Position numbers and translations under genes: made by a program | Shown here: in pieces, positions 48,387 through 59,390 of the stretch | Numbering within the stretch: the first letter of the stretch is position 1 | Layout of the letters: each line of letters opens with the position of its first letter | Assembly: GCA_965197745.1 (NCBI GenBank) | Contig: CBDANS010000006.1 | Location: 320,001 to 384,000, forward strand | Direction: 5' to 3' | Source: Opitutales bacterium | Lineage (GTDB): Bacteria > Verrucomicrobiota > Verrucomicrobiia > Opitutales > PNEW01 | DNA length: 64,000 bases | Notes under the pieces: model-generated | Seen by the model: only the letters and a program-made list of their open reading frames with translations | The model's database searches: none | What the model was told of the DNA's origin: nothing

Positions 48387-50327
48387 TTGGATCATAAAAA
48401 GCTTATCTTTTTATCATCCATAATTCTCAGCATAATCCTATCTGGCTGTTTAGCGCCTGATCCCAATCTGGAACCCTTGTCCAAAGCAGAGGAAGGTGAG
48501 CAAACTTCTAACCGCGAAGTAAAAACAACCGCGCCCACCAGCATCGATCCGATGATCCTTGCCAATCGCGCGTTTCGTGAGGCACCGATGCTCACCGCGA
48601 AAGTTAAAGCCGGCGGATTACCTCCGGTCAGTGAACGACTGCCTGATAACCCACTTGTCATCGTCCCGCTCGAAGAAATTGGCACTTACGGCGGCACCAT
48701 TCGCCGCGCGCTCACCGGTGATGTTATCCAGACGCAAGGACCGGTCAAAGCCTTCAATGAAAATCTGATGGGCTATGAGCGCCCCTACCCTCCAAAAAGT
48801 ATTCAACTTAACCTGGCAGAAAGCTTTGAACTCTCCGACGACGGAAAAACTGCAATCGCGAGAATACGAAAAGGGGTCAAGTGGTCGGATGGTGTCCCCT
48901 TCACCGTCGACGACATTCTCTTCTGGTATTATGACATGGAATTTAACGATAACGCGCGACGGCCTACACGTCCCATTCCACCCGCTCACTGGCGAGTCGA
49001 TGGCAAGCCTATTAAATTTGAAAAGATCGATGATCTTACCCTTAAGATATCCTCCCAAAAACCGTTAGGGAGGGTTCGCCAAGCCCTCAGCCACGAAGAG
49101 ATTGCTTACCCCAAACACATTCTCGCCAAACATCACCCCAAATATAACCCGGAAGCCAACTACAAAGACTTTCGTGATCTCACGACCGACTCGCAACTAA
49201 TCATGGAACCGGACTTGCCCCGACTCTCGGCCTGGGTTCCCGTGGAATGGATTCGTGGACAGCGGATTGTTTATGAACGCAATCCTTATTACTGGAAAGT
49301 TGATAGCGCGGGAAACCAGCTGCCCTATGCAGACCGGTACACTTTTGATGTCATTCAGGATCCCAAAGTCATCCTTCTGAAATTCATCAATAGTGAATTT
49401 GACTTGTTTGGAAGGTATTTTCAAATGGACATGTATCCCACACTTAAATCGGAAGAGATAAAAGGGAGATTTAAACTTCGCGTATCCGGTCCTATAGGCG
49501 CCCAGGCTTACTACCTCAACTGGGATGCGCACAATCCCATGCTTCGTGAGGCATTCAGGAATAAGAATGTGCGAATGGGGCTTTCTCACGCTATCAACAG
49601 GGAAGAAATTAAAGAAATTATTTATTTTGGTCTCCTTCTACCTTCCGGTTATTCATTCGGACCCCTTGATCCTTATTTTTCCGAGGAAGTCTATAAAAAA
49701 TATTCTGAATATAATCCAAAATTGGCACGCGAACTACTGGACAAGGAGGGTTATCGTGATACTGACGGTGATGGATTTCGCGAGCTGAAAGATGGATCCC
49801 GTTTTGAGCTAAATATCGATGTGACTTCTTCGCAAAAGATTGCCGTCGATGTCTGCGAGCTGGTTACGGAACATTGGAAAGCAATCGGAATTAAGGCTAA
49901 CTTAAATCCTGCTCTTAGGGACATCATTATACCCCGCCGTTTGAACGGCGAATTTGACATTCACACCTGGGTTCAAGAGGGACACACCGACATTCTCGGT
50001 CGCATGTTTGACTATGGAATAACGGGCTCAATTTTCCCCTTCTGGCACCGAAATGCCCAACAAGAAGGACCGGAATGGTTACACGAGGTTACGCGTTATA
50101 TCAATTTAGCTATCACCACCGTCGATGCAGCCAAGCTTAGCGAGTATATGAACCACATTCGCGACCTGCATACGGATAACATTCCCGTTATCGTTGTCGG
50201 CTCGGCTTATTTTGTGTGGGGTGCTAACTCCCGCCTGGGTAATGTGCCTTGGACAAGCACCAATGCTTATGTTTACCGGGGCTGGGGTCGCTCACTTTAT
50301 AACGAGCAGATTTACATCAATCAATAA
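48387..50327 (+). CDS. ABC transporter family 5 (Opp/Dpp/Nik-type) substrate-binding lipoprotein 1
   Basis: Lipobox ILSGC, LPPVSERLP.NP, KWSDGVPFTVDD, ERNPYYWKVD..GNQLPY, DTDGDGFRE. Confidence 0.92.
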   Translation: MDHKKLIFLSSIILSIILSGCLAPDPNLEPLSKAEEGEQTSNREVKTTAPTSIDPMILANRAFREAPMLTAKVKAGGLPPVSERLPDNPLVIVPLEEIGTYGGTIRRALTGDVIQTQGPVKAFNENLMGYERPYPPKSIQLNLAESFELSDDGKTAIARIRKGVKWSDGVPFTVDDILFWYYDMEFNDNARRPTRPIPPAHWRVDGKPIKFEKIDDLTLKISSQKPLGRVRQALSHEEIAYPKHILAKHHPKYNPEANYKDFRDLTTDSQLIMEPDLPRLSAWVPVEWIRGQRIVYERNPYYWKVDSAGNQLPYADRYTFDVIQDPKVILLKFINSEFDLFGRYFQMDMYPTLKSEEIKGRFKLRVSGPIGAQAYYLNWDAHNPMLREAFRNKNVRMGLSHAINREEIKEIIYFGLLLPSGYSFGPLDPYFSEEVYKKYSEYNPKLARELLDKEGYRDTDGDGFRELKDGSRFELNIDVTSSQKIAVDVCELVTEHWKAIGIKANLNPALRDIIIPRRLNGEFDIHTWVQEGHTDILGRMFDYGITGSIFPFWHRNAQQEGPEWLHEVTRYINLAITTVDAAKLSEYMNHIRDLHTDNIPVIVVGSAYFVWGANSRLGNVPWTSTNAYVYRGWGRSLYNEQIYINQ

Positions 50328-50345
50328 ACACTATTTCGGACGAGA

Positions 50346-52292
50346 ATGGATACTATGTATCGACGAATTTTACCCGCGATCCTATCTTTGATTCTCGGCC
50401 TTATCCTGTTTAGTTGTTTAGCACCTGACCCCGATCTTGAACCCCTTACCGAAACCGATAATAAAGAAATTATCACGCAACGTGAAATAAAAACCCGGGC
50501 TCCATTAAAAATTGACCCCGCAATACTCACCGCCCGCAGCTTTAATGAGGCACCGATATTGGCCGTGAAAGTTAAAGCCGGTGAACTGCCACCGGTCAGT
50601 GAACGACTACCGGATAACCCGCTGGTCGCTGTTCCATTAGAAGAAATTGGTCAATACGGGGGCACTATTCGCCGGGCTCTCACCAGTGACATCGCTCAAA
50701 CACAAGGCCCAGTCAAGGCCTTCAATGATAACCTTATGGGTTATGAACGCCCCTACCCTCCAAAAAGTATTCAGCTCAATCTCGCTGATTACTTCGCATT
50801 ATCCGACGATGGAAAAACAGCCATTGTAAATATTCGAAAAGGGGTCAAGTGGTCGGACGGCGTTCCCTTCACTGTCGACGATATTCTCTTCTGGTATTAC
50901 GACATGGCCTTTAACGACAGCGCGCGCAGCACGCCACCGATACCACCACCCTATTGGCAAGTGGATGGTAAACCGATTAAATTAGAAAAAATCGATGATC
51001 GCACCCTGAAGATTTCCTCTCCCAAACCCCTGGGGCGTGTCCGCAGGGCGCTCAGTCACGAAGACATTGCCTACCCCAAACACATCCTCGCCAGGCACCA
51101 CCCCAAATACAATCCCGATGCCAATTACAAGGACTTTCGCGATCTCACGACCAGCGCCCAGCTGGTCATGCGTCCGGGTCTGCCCCGACTCTCCGCATGG
51201 GTCCCCGTGGAATGGGTGCCTGGTCAACGCATCGTCTACGAGCGAAACCCCTACTACTGGAAGATTGACAGTGAAGGAAACCAGCTACCCTACGCTGACA
51301 GGTACACCTTTGAAATCATTCAGGACCCAAAAGTTCTGCTCCTGAATTTTATCAATAGTGAACTCGATCTTTTCGGAAGGTATTTTCAGATGGATATGTA
51401 TCCCACGCTTAGATCGGAAGAACAAAAAGGGCGTTTTAAGCTTCGTATCTCGGGACCCATTTCCGGCCCCGCTTTCTATCTGAATTGGGACGCGCACAAT
51501 CCCGCGCTGCGGGAAGCATTTCAGAACATAAATGTGCGCATCGCTCTATCCCATGCTATCAACCGGGAAGAAATCAAGGAGATCATATATTTTGGATTAT
51601 TCAACCCGTCCGGTTATTCGTTTGGCCCGCCCAATCCTTATTACTCAAAGGAAGCCCACATGAAATATTCCGAATACGATCCTGAAAAATCGCGCGCCTT
51701 ACTGGAAACGTCAGGGTATCGTGATACCGATGGTGACGGGTTTCGTGAATTCAAAGATGGAACCCGATTTGAGATGAACATCAACGTAACTTCAACCCAA
51801 AAAATTGGTGTCGATGTTTGCGAACTTGTTTCTGAACATTGGGGAAAAATTGGCATTAAGGCTAACCTAAATCCGATGCTCAGAGAACTGATCTCGGCTC
51901 GCTGGTTAAGCGGCGAATTTGATATCCATCACTGGGGACAATCTGGGCATACCGATCCTCTCGGCCAAATGTTTATGTGGGCAATTTCGAGCCCAATGAC
52001 CCCCTATTGGCATCGTAATGCGCATAAAGAAGGCCCTGATTGGTTACACGAAGCAACCCGTAATGTCGAACGAGTACTCACCACTGTCGATCCGGTAAAA
52101 GTCCGCGAGTATATGATCCGCCTTCGCGACCTGCATACCGATAATATTCCGGTTATCGTTACTGGCTCGACTTACTTTGTGTGGGGCGCGCACACACGCC
52201 TCGGCAATGTCCCCTGGACAAGCACACACGCCTATGTCTATCGGGGCTGGGGTCGCTCTCTCTACAACGAACAGATTTATATTAAACAATAA
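50346..52292 (+). CDS. ABC transporter family 5 substrate-binding lipoprotein 2 (tandem paralog)
   Basis: Lipobox LFSC; colinear with and highly similar to the preceding gene. Confidence 0.92.
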   Translation: MDTMYRRILPAILSLILGLILFSCLAPDPDLEPLTETDNKEIITQREIKTRAPLKIDPAILTARSFNEAPILAVKVKAGELPPVSERLPDNPLVAVPLEEIGQYGGTIRRALTSDIAQTQGPVKAFNDNLMGYERPYPPKSIQLNLADYFALSDDGKTAIVNIRKGVKWSDGVPFTVDDILFWYYDMAFNDSARSTPPIPPPYWQVDGKPIKLEKIDDRTLKISSPKPLGRVRRALSHEDIAYPKHILARHHPKYNPDANYKDFRDLTTSAQLVMRPGLPRLSAWVPVEWVPGQRIVYERNPYYWKIDSEGNQLPYADRYTFEIIQDPKVLLLNFINSELDLFGRYFQMDMYPTLRSEEQKGRFKLRISGPISGPAFYLNWDAHNPALREAFQNINVRIALSHAINREEIKEIIYFGLFNPSGYSFGPPNPYYSKEAHMKYSEYDPEKSRALLETSGYRDTDGDGFREFKDGTRFEMNINVTSTQKIGVDVCELVSEHWGKIGIKANLNPMLRELISARWLSGEFDIHHWGQSGHTDPLGQMFMWAISSPMTPYWHRNAHKEGPDWLHEATRNVERVLTTVDPVKVREYMIRLRDLHTDNIPVIVTGSTYFVWGAHTRLGNVPWTSTHAYVYRGWGRSLYNEQIYIKQ

Positions 52293-52417
52293 ATTCCCCC
52301 TTTTGACCCAAATAAAAAATTCGATCTGCTATTTATTGTCTTATCTATTCTTATGGGTACAAGTTTTATAGATAGGGGATGCCTCAACTTACTTTCGAAA
52401 TCGAATAAGCACTTACG

Positions 52418-53416
52418 ATGATAAATTATATTCTGCGGCGCATCCTGAATATGATCCCGACTCTGATTCTTATCTCGATTTTCAGTTTTGTCGTTATTCA
52501 GGCTCCACCTGGAGATATGCTCACCTCAAAGCTGGCTCAATGGGCCGAGCAAGGTGAAATGGGATCGGGAGGTGCAGTAGAACAGATGGAAGCCCTGCGC
52601 GAACGCTATGGGTTGAATGATCCGATATTCGTTCAATATTTAAGATGGATAGGTAATATCATATTTCACTTGGATTTCGGGGAGTCATTCACTTATGAAT
52701 TGGATGTTATAATACTGCTGAAGGATCGGCTGGGACTTACCCTGATCCTTACCCTCACGACGCTTTTCTTCACCTGGCTGATCGCCATCCCGATAGGAAT
52801 TTTTTCCGCAACCCGGCCCTACACTTTCGGCGATTACAGTTTTACTTTTCTCGGTTTCATCGGTCTCGCAACGCCAAGTTTTCTCTTCGCGCTCGTCATC
52901 ATGTTTATACAAATCGTCGTCTTCGACACCGAGTCTGTAGGCGGTCTGCTTTCACCGGATTTTATTGGAGCTCCCTGGTCGATCGCTAAGATCGGCGACC
53001 TGCTTGCTCACATTTGGGTCCCCATCATTGTCATTGGAGCTGCTGGAACCGCAACCGTTATCCGCATCATGAGAGGGAATTTAATGGACACGCTTAATCA
53101 GCAACACATTCAAACCGGGCGGGCCAAGGGATTAAAAGAGCGCGTGGTAATTTATAAATACGCGGTGCGCATAGCTATCAACCCGCTGATCAGTAGAGTG
53201 GGAATTGAAATGCCCAATCTTTTATCGGGTACCGTGGTCACCGGTATTGTCCTGGGGCTGCCCACCGCGGGTCCCTTATTCCTCACCGCATTAATCTCTC
53301 AGGATATGCACCTCGCCGGGGCCTTCCTTCTTCTCTCGGCCACTTTTCTTCTCATCGGCAACCTTATGGCAGATATTGTCCTGGCCTGGCTTGACCCAAG
53401 GATTCGCTATGATTGA
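52418..53416 (+). CDS. ABC permease, OppB/DppB-like
   Basis: YILRRIL, APPGD, YGLNDP..VQY, DFGESF, GRAKGL.ER loop, LDPRIRY. Confidence 0.93.
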   Translation: MINYILRRILNMIPTLILISIFSFVVIQAPPGDMLTSKLAQWAEQGEMGSGGAVEQMEALRERYGLNDPIFVQYLRWIGNIIFHLDFGESFTYELDVIILLKDRLGLTLILTLTTLFFTWLIAIPIGIFSATRPYTFGDYSFTFLGFIGLATPSFLFALVIMFIQIVVFDTESVGGLLSPDFIGAPWSIAKIGDLLAHIWVPIIVIGAAGTATVIRIMRGNLMDTLNQQHIQTGRAKGLKERVVIYKYAVRIAINPLISRVGIEMPNLLSGTVVTGIVLGLPTAGPLFLTALISQDMHLAGAFLLLSATFLLIGNLMADIVLAWLDPRIRYD

Positions 53417-54566
53417 AGGTTCAGACAAAAATCACACACAGCCGTTACCCTCTCCTGTTTCTGAAGTAGTGGATAAAACGGGATCTACGGTCACCTATTC
53501 TCATCGCAAACTGATTTGGAGACGGTTCAAAAAGCATAAAATCGGAATTGCCGGTGGGTATGTCGTCCTCTTTCTCAGCCTCTGCTTTCTCTTCGCCGAA
53601 TTCTTGAGTCCCCATAATATCAGCAGACGCTATTTTAATTACACCTATTTACCGCCACAGAGCATTCATTTCTTTTCTTCGGATGGTTTTCAGATCCGCC
53701 CCTTTGTCTATGGGATCAAAAGTAGTTTAGAGAGCCAGACGGGCATTAAAAAATACACCGAAGATGCCACAAAAAAATATCCCCTTCATTTTTTAGTGCG
53801 TGGGGACACCTATTCTTTTTATGGATTGTTTAAATCCGATCTTCACCTGTTTGGAACCGGTAAGGGAAATCCACTCTTCCTCATGGGTACAGACCGATTC
53901 GGTCGAGACCTCTTTTCACGGCTACTGGTCGGGGGAAGGGTATCATTTACGGTGGGCCTGCTCGCAGTTTTTATCAGCATCGCACTTGGATCCAGTTTAG
54001 GTGTGATCTCTGGATATTATGGAGGAAGGATTGACAATATTATTCAGCGTATCATTGAACTCATATACGCCTTTCCACAGATTCCCATTCTTATGGCGCT
54101 TAGCGCTATATTGCCACCGGAATGGCCCTCCTATCTAACCTTCATGGGAATTGTTACTGTCCTTTCCTTCATTGGCTGGGGCAGTTTAGCCCGGGAAATA
54201 CGTGGCAAATCACTCTCCATCCGTGATTCCGATTTTGTGCTCGCCGCGCGTGTGTCAGGGGCTAAAGACCGACGCATTATTTTTAATCACCTTCTACCTT
54301 CGATGTTCAGTCACATAATTGTTATCTCCACCCTGGCCATTCCCGGTTTCATTCTCGCGGAGAGCACGCTGAGTTTTCTTGGCCTGGGTATTAAAGCCCC
54401 GATGACCAGCTGGGGCCTGCTTCTCTCAGAGGCAATGAATCTTCATTCCCTCAGTCTTTATCCGTGGCTCCTTGCCCCGGGAGCATGCATCATTATCGCT
54501 GTGCTTGCTTTCAACTTTCTCGGCGATGGGCTCCGCGACGCAACTGCTCCGTTCAGCGATAGTTAA
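53409..54566 (+). CDS. ABC permease, OppC/DppC-like
   Basis: MGTDRFGRDLFSRL..G.RVS, DFVLAARVSGA, ESTLSFLGLG, FNFLGDGLRD. ATG 53409 overlaps the upstream stop. Confidence 0.93.
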   Translation: MIEGSDKNHTQPLPSPVSEVVDKTGSTVTYSHRKLIWRRFKKHKIGIAGGYVVLFLSLCFLFAEFLSPHNISRRYFNYTYLPPQSIHFFSSDGFQIRPFVYGIKSSLESQTGIKKYTEDATKKYPLHFLVRGDTYSFYGLFKSDLHLFGTGKGNPLFLMGTDRFGRDLFSRLLVGGRVSFTVGLLAVFISIALGSSLGVISGYYGGRIDNIIQRIIELIYAFPQIPILMALSAILPPEWPSYLTFMGIVTVLSFIGWGSLAREIRGKSLSIRDSDFVLAARVSGAKDRRIIFNHLLPSMFSHIIVISTLAIPGFILAESTLSFLGLGIKAPMTSWGLLLSEAMNLHSLSLYPWLLAPGACIIIAVLAFNFLGDGLRDATAPFSDS

Positions 54567-54600
54567 GATTATTTATAAGTGATTACCCGATAATTTATCA

Positions 54601-55617
54601 ATGGCGCATACAGATAACAGTTCATCACCGCTACTTAAGATTCAAAACCTGAAGACTTATTTCTACACCGATGACGGTATTGTTAAAGCCGTAGACGGTG
54701 TCTCGCTCACGATTGGAAGCCGGCAGACACTCGGTTTAGTCGGGGAAAGTGGTTGTGGAAAAAGCATAACCGCGTTTTCCATCATACAGCTTGTATCAAG
54801 CCCTCCCGGTAAAATTGAGGACGGGGAAATTCTTCTTTATGAGAACGGCAATCAATCGACACCGATTGACCTTATCCAACTCGATCCCAAAGGAGAGGCC
54901 ATAAGGGATATTCGTGGAAATGACATCGCGATGATCTTTCAGGAGCCAATGACCTCGCTTAGCCCTGTCCACACCGTAGGCAATCAAATAGGTGAAGCCA
55001 TTATTCTACATCAGAAAGTGGACAAAAATGAAGCTCGAGAGAGGACGATTGAAGTTCTTCGGAAAGTGCGCCTCCCCGACCCGGAAAATCTCGTGGATTC
55101 TTATCCCCACGAATTAAGTGGAGGAATGCGGCAACGCGCCATGATTGCGATGGCCCTTTCCTGTAATCCCAGGCTCCTCATTGCGGACGAACCTACGACT
55201 GCACTCGACGTCACGGTCCAAGCCCAAATTTTAGATTTAATGCAGCAGTTGAAAGAGGAAAGCGAGATGTCGATCATGCTCATTACTCATGATCTTGGCG
55301 TCGTCGCGAGAATGGCGGATTATGTCGCGGTGATGTACCTTGGGAAAATTGTCGAATACGGTGATGTCAGGACCATTCTGAAAAACCCAAAACATCCTTA
55401 CACCCGGGGATTATTAAAATCGATACCACAAATTGGACAAAAGGAGCGGCTGGTTCCAATCGAAGGGACCGTTCCCGATCCTTATGAATCTATTGTCGGT
55501 TGTTCATTTGCAGCCCGTTGCCCCTACGCGATGGAGAAATGTCGTCAAGTCCCCCCTTTAGAGGAGATTAAACCGGGTCATTCAGTAAGCTGTTGGTTAG
55601 AAAATAAGGATGAATAA
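54601..55617 (+). CDS. ABC ATP-binding protein, OppD/DppD-like
   Basis: [25 protein letters not shown]-terminal GCSFAARC...C. Confidence 0.95.
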   Translation: MAHTDNSSSPLLKIQNLKTYFYTDDGIVKAVDGVSLTIGSRQTLGLVGESGCGKSITAFSIIQLVSSPPGKIEDGEILLYENGNQSTPIDLIQLDPKGEAIRDIRGNDIAMIFQEPMTSLSPVHTVGNQIGEAIILHQKVDKNEARERTIEVLRKVRLPDPENLVDSYPHELSGGMRQRAMIAMALSCNPRLLIADEPTTALDVTVQAQILDLMQQLKEESEMSIMLITHDLGVVARMADYVAVMYLGKIVEYGDVRTILKNPKHPYTRGLLKSIPQIGQKERLVPIEGTVPDPYESIVGCSFAARCPYAMEKCRQVPPLEEIKPGHSVSCWLENKDE

Positions 55618-56647
55618 AATGGCCAAGAGTGAATCCTCAAAAATTGAGGATCTTTTACTTGAAGTAACTGATCTTAAAACTTATTTCCCTGTCAAAAAGG
55701 GTATTTGGCGACGAATTGTCGGTCAGGTAAAAGCGGTAGATGGCGTCAGCTTGACTCTGGGAAAAGGAGAAACTCTCGGACTGGTGGGAGAAAGCGGGTG
55801 CGGTAAAACAACACTGGGACGCTCTCTCATCCGGCTGATAGAACCAACAGAGGGAAAAATAATTTTTCATCATGATGAAGCCATAGTCGACCTGCGAAAA
55901 CTTGACAAGGAGGCGATGCGAAATTTCCGGCGCCATCTTCAATATATATTTCAGGACCCCTTTTCATCGCTTAACCCGCGCATGACGGTATTCGATATCG
56001 TAGCTGAACCCCTGATTATAAACAGGGTAGCTTCGGGGTCGGAGCTTGATGACAGAGTGGAACAGCTTTTATTGCATGTTGGATTGAATGCTGAACATCA
56101 ACGGCGTTATCCCCATGCGTTCAGCGGTGGTCAGCGACAGCGCATTGGCATTGCTCGAGCCCTCGCTCTCACTCCAAGCCTCATCATCGCAGACGAACCC
56201 GTCTCCGCGCTGGATGTCTCGATCCAGGCACAGGTTATTAACTTAATGGACGATCTACAGGATGAGTTTAATCTTACCTACCTTTTCGTCGCCCATGATC
56301 TGAGCGTTGTCGAACACATCAGTGACCGCATCGCCGTTATGTATCTGGGTGAAATAGTTGAAATTGCCCCTGCCGATCGCCTTTATCAAAGGCCTCTGCA
56401 CCCTTATACCTCGACCCTCTTATCAGCAGTGCCTTCGGTCGATCCCGATCAACAACCTGCCCGTCAGTCCGTCGAAGGCGACGTCCCCAATCCCGCTAAC
56501 GCCCCCAGTGGTTGTAAATTTCACCCCCGCTGTCCTTATGCCCAGGATATCTGCCGTATTGAGAATCCCTCATTGCTTGAGATCGAATCTGATCATAAGG
56601 CAAGCTGCCACTTTGCCGGCGAGCTCAATTTTGAAGAAGAAGGCTAA
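55610..56647 (+). CDS. ABC ATP-binding protein, OppF/DppF-like
   Basis: [33 protein letters not shown]. Confidence 0.95.
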   Translation: MNKMAKSESSKIEDLLLEVTDLKTYFPVKKGIWRRIVGQVKAVDGVSLTLGKGETLGLVGESGCGKTTLGRSLIRLIEPTEGKIIFHHDEAIVDLRKLDKEAMRNFRRHLQYIFQDPFSSLNPRMTVFDIVAEPLIINRVASGSELDDRVEQLLLHVGLNAEHQRRYPHAFSGGQRQRIGIARALALTPSLIIADEPVSALDVSIQAQVINLMDDLQDEFNLTYLFVAHDLSVVEHISDRIAVMYLGEIVEIAPADRLYQRPLHPYTSTLLSAVPSVDPDQQPARQSVEGDVPNPANAPSGCKFHPRCPYAQDICRIENPSLLEIESDHKASCHFAGELNFEEEG

Positions 56648-56671
56648 GCTGCGACGAAATATTACTTCACC

Positions 56672-59268
56672 CTATTTTCTATTGAGAGAATAAATAGTAA
56701 GTCGATCCAGGGATTTACTTTTCACCGGAATTATAAAACTGGCAATATACCCCAGGCAAAAACATAGCATGAATCCAATGGCCGAATAGAGGAAAATATT
56801 TACCTCGGTGTATGTCTTGATTAAGAAAAGAATAATTGCACTACCAATCGCGCCTACGAGCGCACCGGGACCATTAGACCGCCGCGTAAATATGCCCAAA
56901 GCAAAAAGACCTCCGAGACCACTTCCGATGAGACCAAGCATGGAAACGAAGAAAAGGGTCACTGATTTTATGTCCATGGTGGCAAACATTATCGCGACAA
57001 TAGTGGCAAAAGCTCCAACCGCTAAGGTAACTAAACGAGCCAGATTCAAGGATCTGTTTTCCGATTTTGATGGGATTAATCGCTGGTAAAAATCCGTTAC
57101 TACCGCGGTGGCAATCGAGTTCATACCACTATCTAGAGTGGACATTGAGACGGCAAAGATTGCTGCAATTACAAGTCCCGCTAAACCAATAGGAATTTTC
57201 TGGGTAATGAACAGCGGATAAATGGCATCATTTTGCATACCCAGGTCGAGAGCGGCAGGGTTACTTTTATAGTAAACATAAAGAGCGGAACCCACGGCGT
57301 ATAAGATAAAGGTTATGGGAAAGACAAGAATGGCATTCATCCATAAACTTTTAGCCGCGGTTTCTTCATCAGTAGTCGTAAGGTAACGTTGGACTATTGC
57401 CTGGTCGGAGGAATAAGCGACAAGCGCTCCGAACGTTGAACCGATTAACATTACCCAGGTATTTCTCATGTCTGAAATGTCACCATCAAGATAAAGCATG
57501 CGAAATTTATCGTCAGCGATACTGGTTTTGATGAAACCGCTGATCCCGCCTTCAATATAAAAGGGGATGATGATCAGGGTAATGACCGCACCAAGAATGA
57601 GAACTACAGCTTGTATAACATCGGTCCATATCACGGCTTCAATACCTCCCAAAACGGTGTAAAAGGTGCTCAACACTCCCATCGAGAGAATGCATACATA
57701 TATATTTAAACCGGTTATGGTGGAAAGTGCGATAGACGGTAAATACAGCACCATGCTGGTTCGCACTAATTGATACAGGATAAACTGCGCGCTACCGTAT
57801 AAACGCACGAAATAATTAAACCGGTATTCGAGGTACTCATAAGCGGTGGTCAAATTCAATCGGCGAAAAAACGGCAGATAGAAAAAAATAATAAATATAG
57901 GGATGAGGGCAAAACAGAGCTTTTGCGGGTACATAAACCAGTCCACGGAATAAACAAGCGCAGGTTGAGAAAAAAAAGTATCCCCACTGAATATCGTGGC
58001 CACAATGCTGAATCCAGCGGCCCACCAGGGGATACGATGTCCGGCCAGAAAGTAGTCTTCCGTTTTCTTCTCTCGTCTGACAAAATAGAAGCCCATGTAA
58101 ACGAGCGCTATCATGTAGAGACCTAAAAAAGCGTAATTTACAAAACCGAAGTCGGCGTTAGCCCCGGCCTCGTGGATCATAACCTGAATCGCACCCGTAC
58201 TTTTTCCAGGACTTATTTCTCCGTTAGGGATGACCACGCCGCCATTCCATGAAACCGCGTTTGTCATAAGTACACCTTGCGGCATTTCCCCTTCTTTTAT
58301 CCACGTGTCAGTAATGGTATGGTAAACTAACAGGTCTTTAGAGAAGGCTGAATCCAATTGATTTTCGAATGATCCGCCGAAGATGATGAGGTGGGATTGG
58401 CCAAATGCAATGTGGGGTGCAGCAGATACAGGTTGTGGCGCATCTTTTATCGGAACCCATTGTTTTTTAAAGGGATAATAGCGGTAGCCGTCCCTCACCG
58501 CAATCATCTCAATTTCGCCATTGTCTTTGAACTTCAGTTCATCGCCTCCGATGAGATAAAAATAATGATCTCGACTGATGTTTTGCCTTACCGCGACCGC
58601 ATTTTTTCGGGCTGAACCGGGCCACGGTTCCAGTTTTTTCCATCCGGCCTCAAGATCTTTTAAGTCCAAGACCCAAAAATTCTTCAACAACGCTAAAGGA
58701 TTCGTCACATCCTGACCTCCAACAAGGTAGAGGGTATCGCCAATAATGTCAGCAGCAGTATAGGCCACAGGCCCGGGCAAAGATGGTAACGGTTCCTGTT
58801 CAATTTTTTGTGTCGATGAATTCCATCTAAGACGAAGAACATCAGTATAACTTCTCTCTGCATCGCGTCCTCCAATGACAATCAAGCTGTCACCGGTACT
58901 AACCGATGCACCGTAAGCAAGGGGTCGGGGCAACTTGAAACCGGTTAACCAAGCTTCATTTTCATTACTCGTCTTCGGCAGCACATAGATAGCATCATGC
59001 CAGCTGTGCCCGTTCCCCTCTCCCAGGGAACTTTCAGAAAAATCCACTCCACCTGCGACGATTAATGTGCCATTACTCACACCGGCATAGGTTCCAGATA
59101 GACCAGCTGGAGCAGGTAACTCGGTTAGTCTTTCCCAGCGAATGACCTCTTGCTGTGGGGTACTACTTAAACTACACCCCACTAATCCGCTTAAAGATAA
59201 AACAATAAAAATATACTTCAGCAGATTAATATTTAATACCCGTTAAGTTTGCGCGGATTGTTCGACAT
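56672..59268 (-). CDS. Kelch-repeat (NanM-like) / sodium:solute symporter fusion; 5' end has a frame break
   Basis: Kelch blades (LIVAGG, LIVIGG, LYLVGG, YLIGG, IIFGG with downstream W), then SSS core (DYFLAG..IPWW, TAYEYLEYRF, GGIEAVIWTD, DQAIVQRYL, MSTLDSGMNS). The RBS-backed ATG at 59268 is out of frame with the main ORF (track start 59182). Confidence 0.85.
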
Positions 59269-59390
59269 TAATTTCTCCATTAGATTAAATCATAACGGTT
59301 AAAATGCTACCCTTTTTTAGTTGCTGACAACTGCCAGGGGTGAGCGTGTATAGATTGGATCAATTGGGAACTCAATGCAATCCATTGAAC

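Noticed and set aside
48387..52292. Assembly duplication of one SBP gene
   Set aside because: The copies differ at many synonymous and non-synonymous sites and have different signal peptides.
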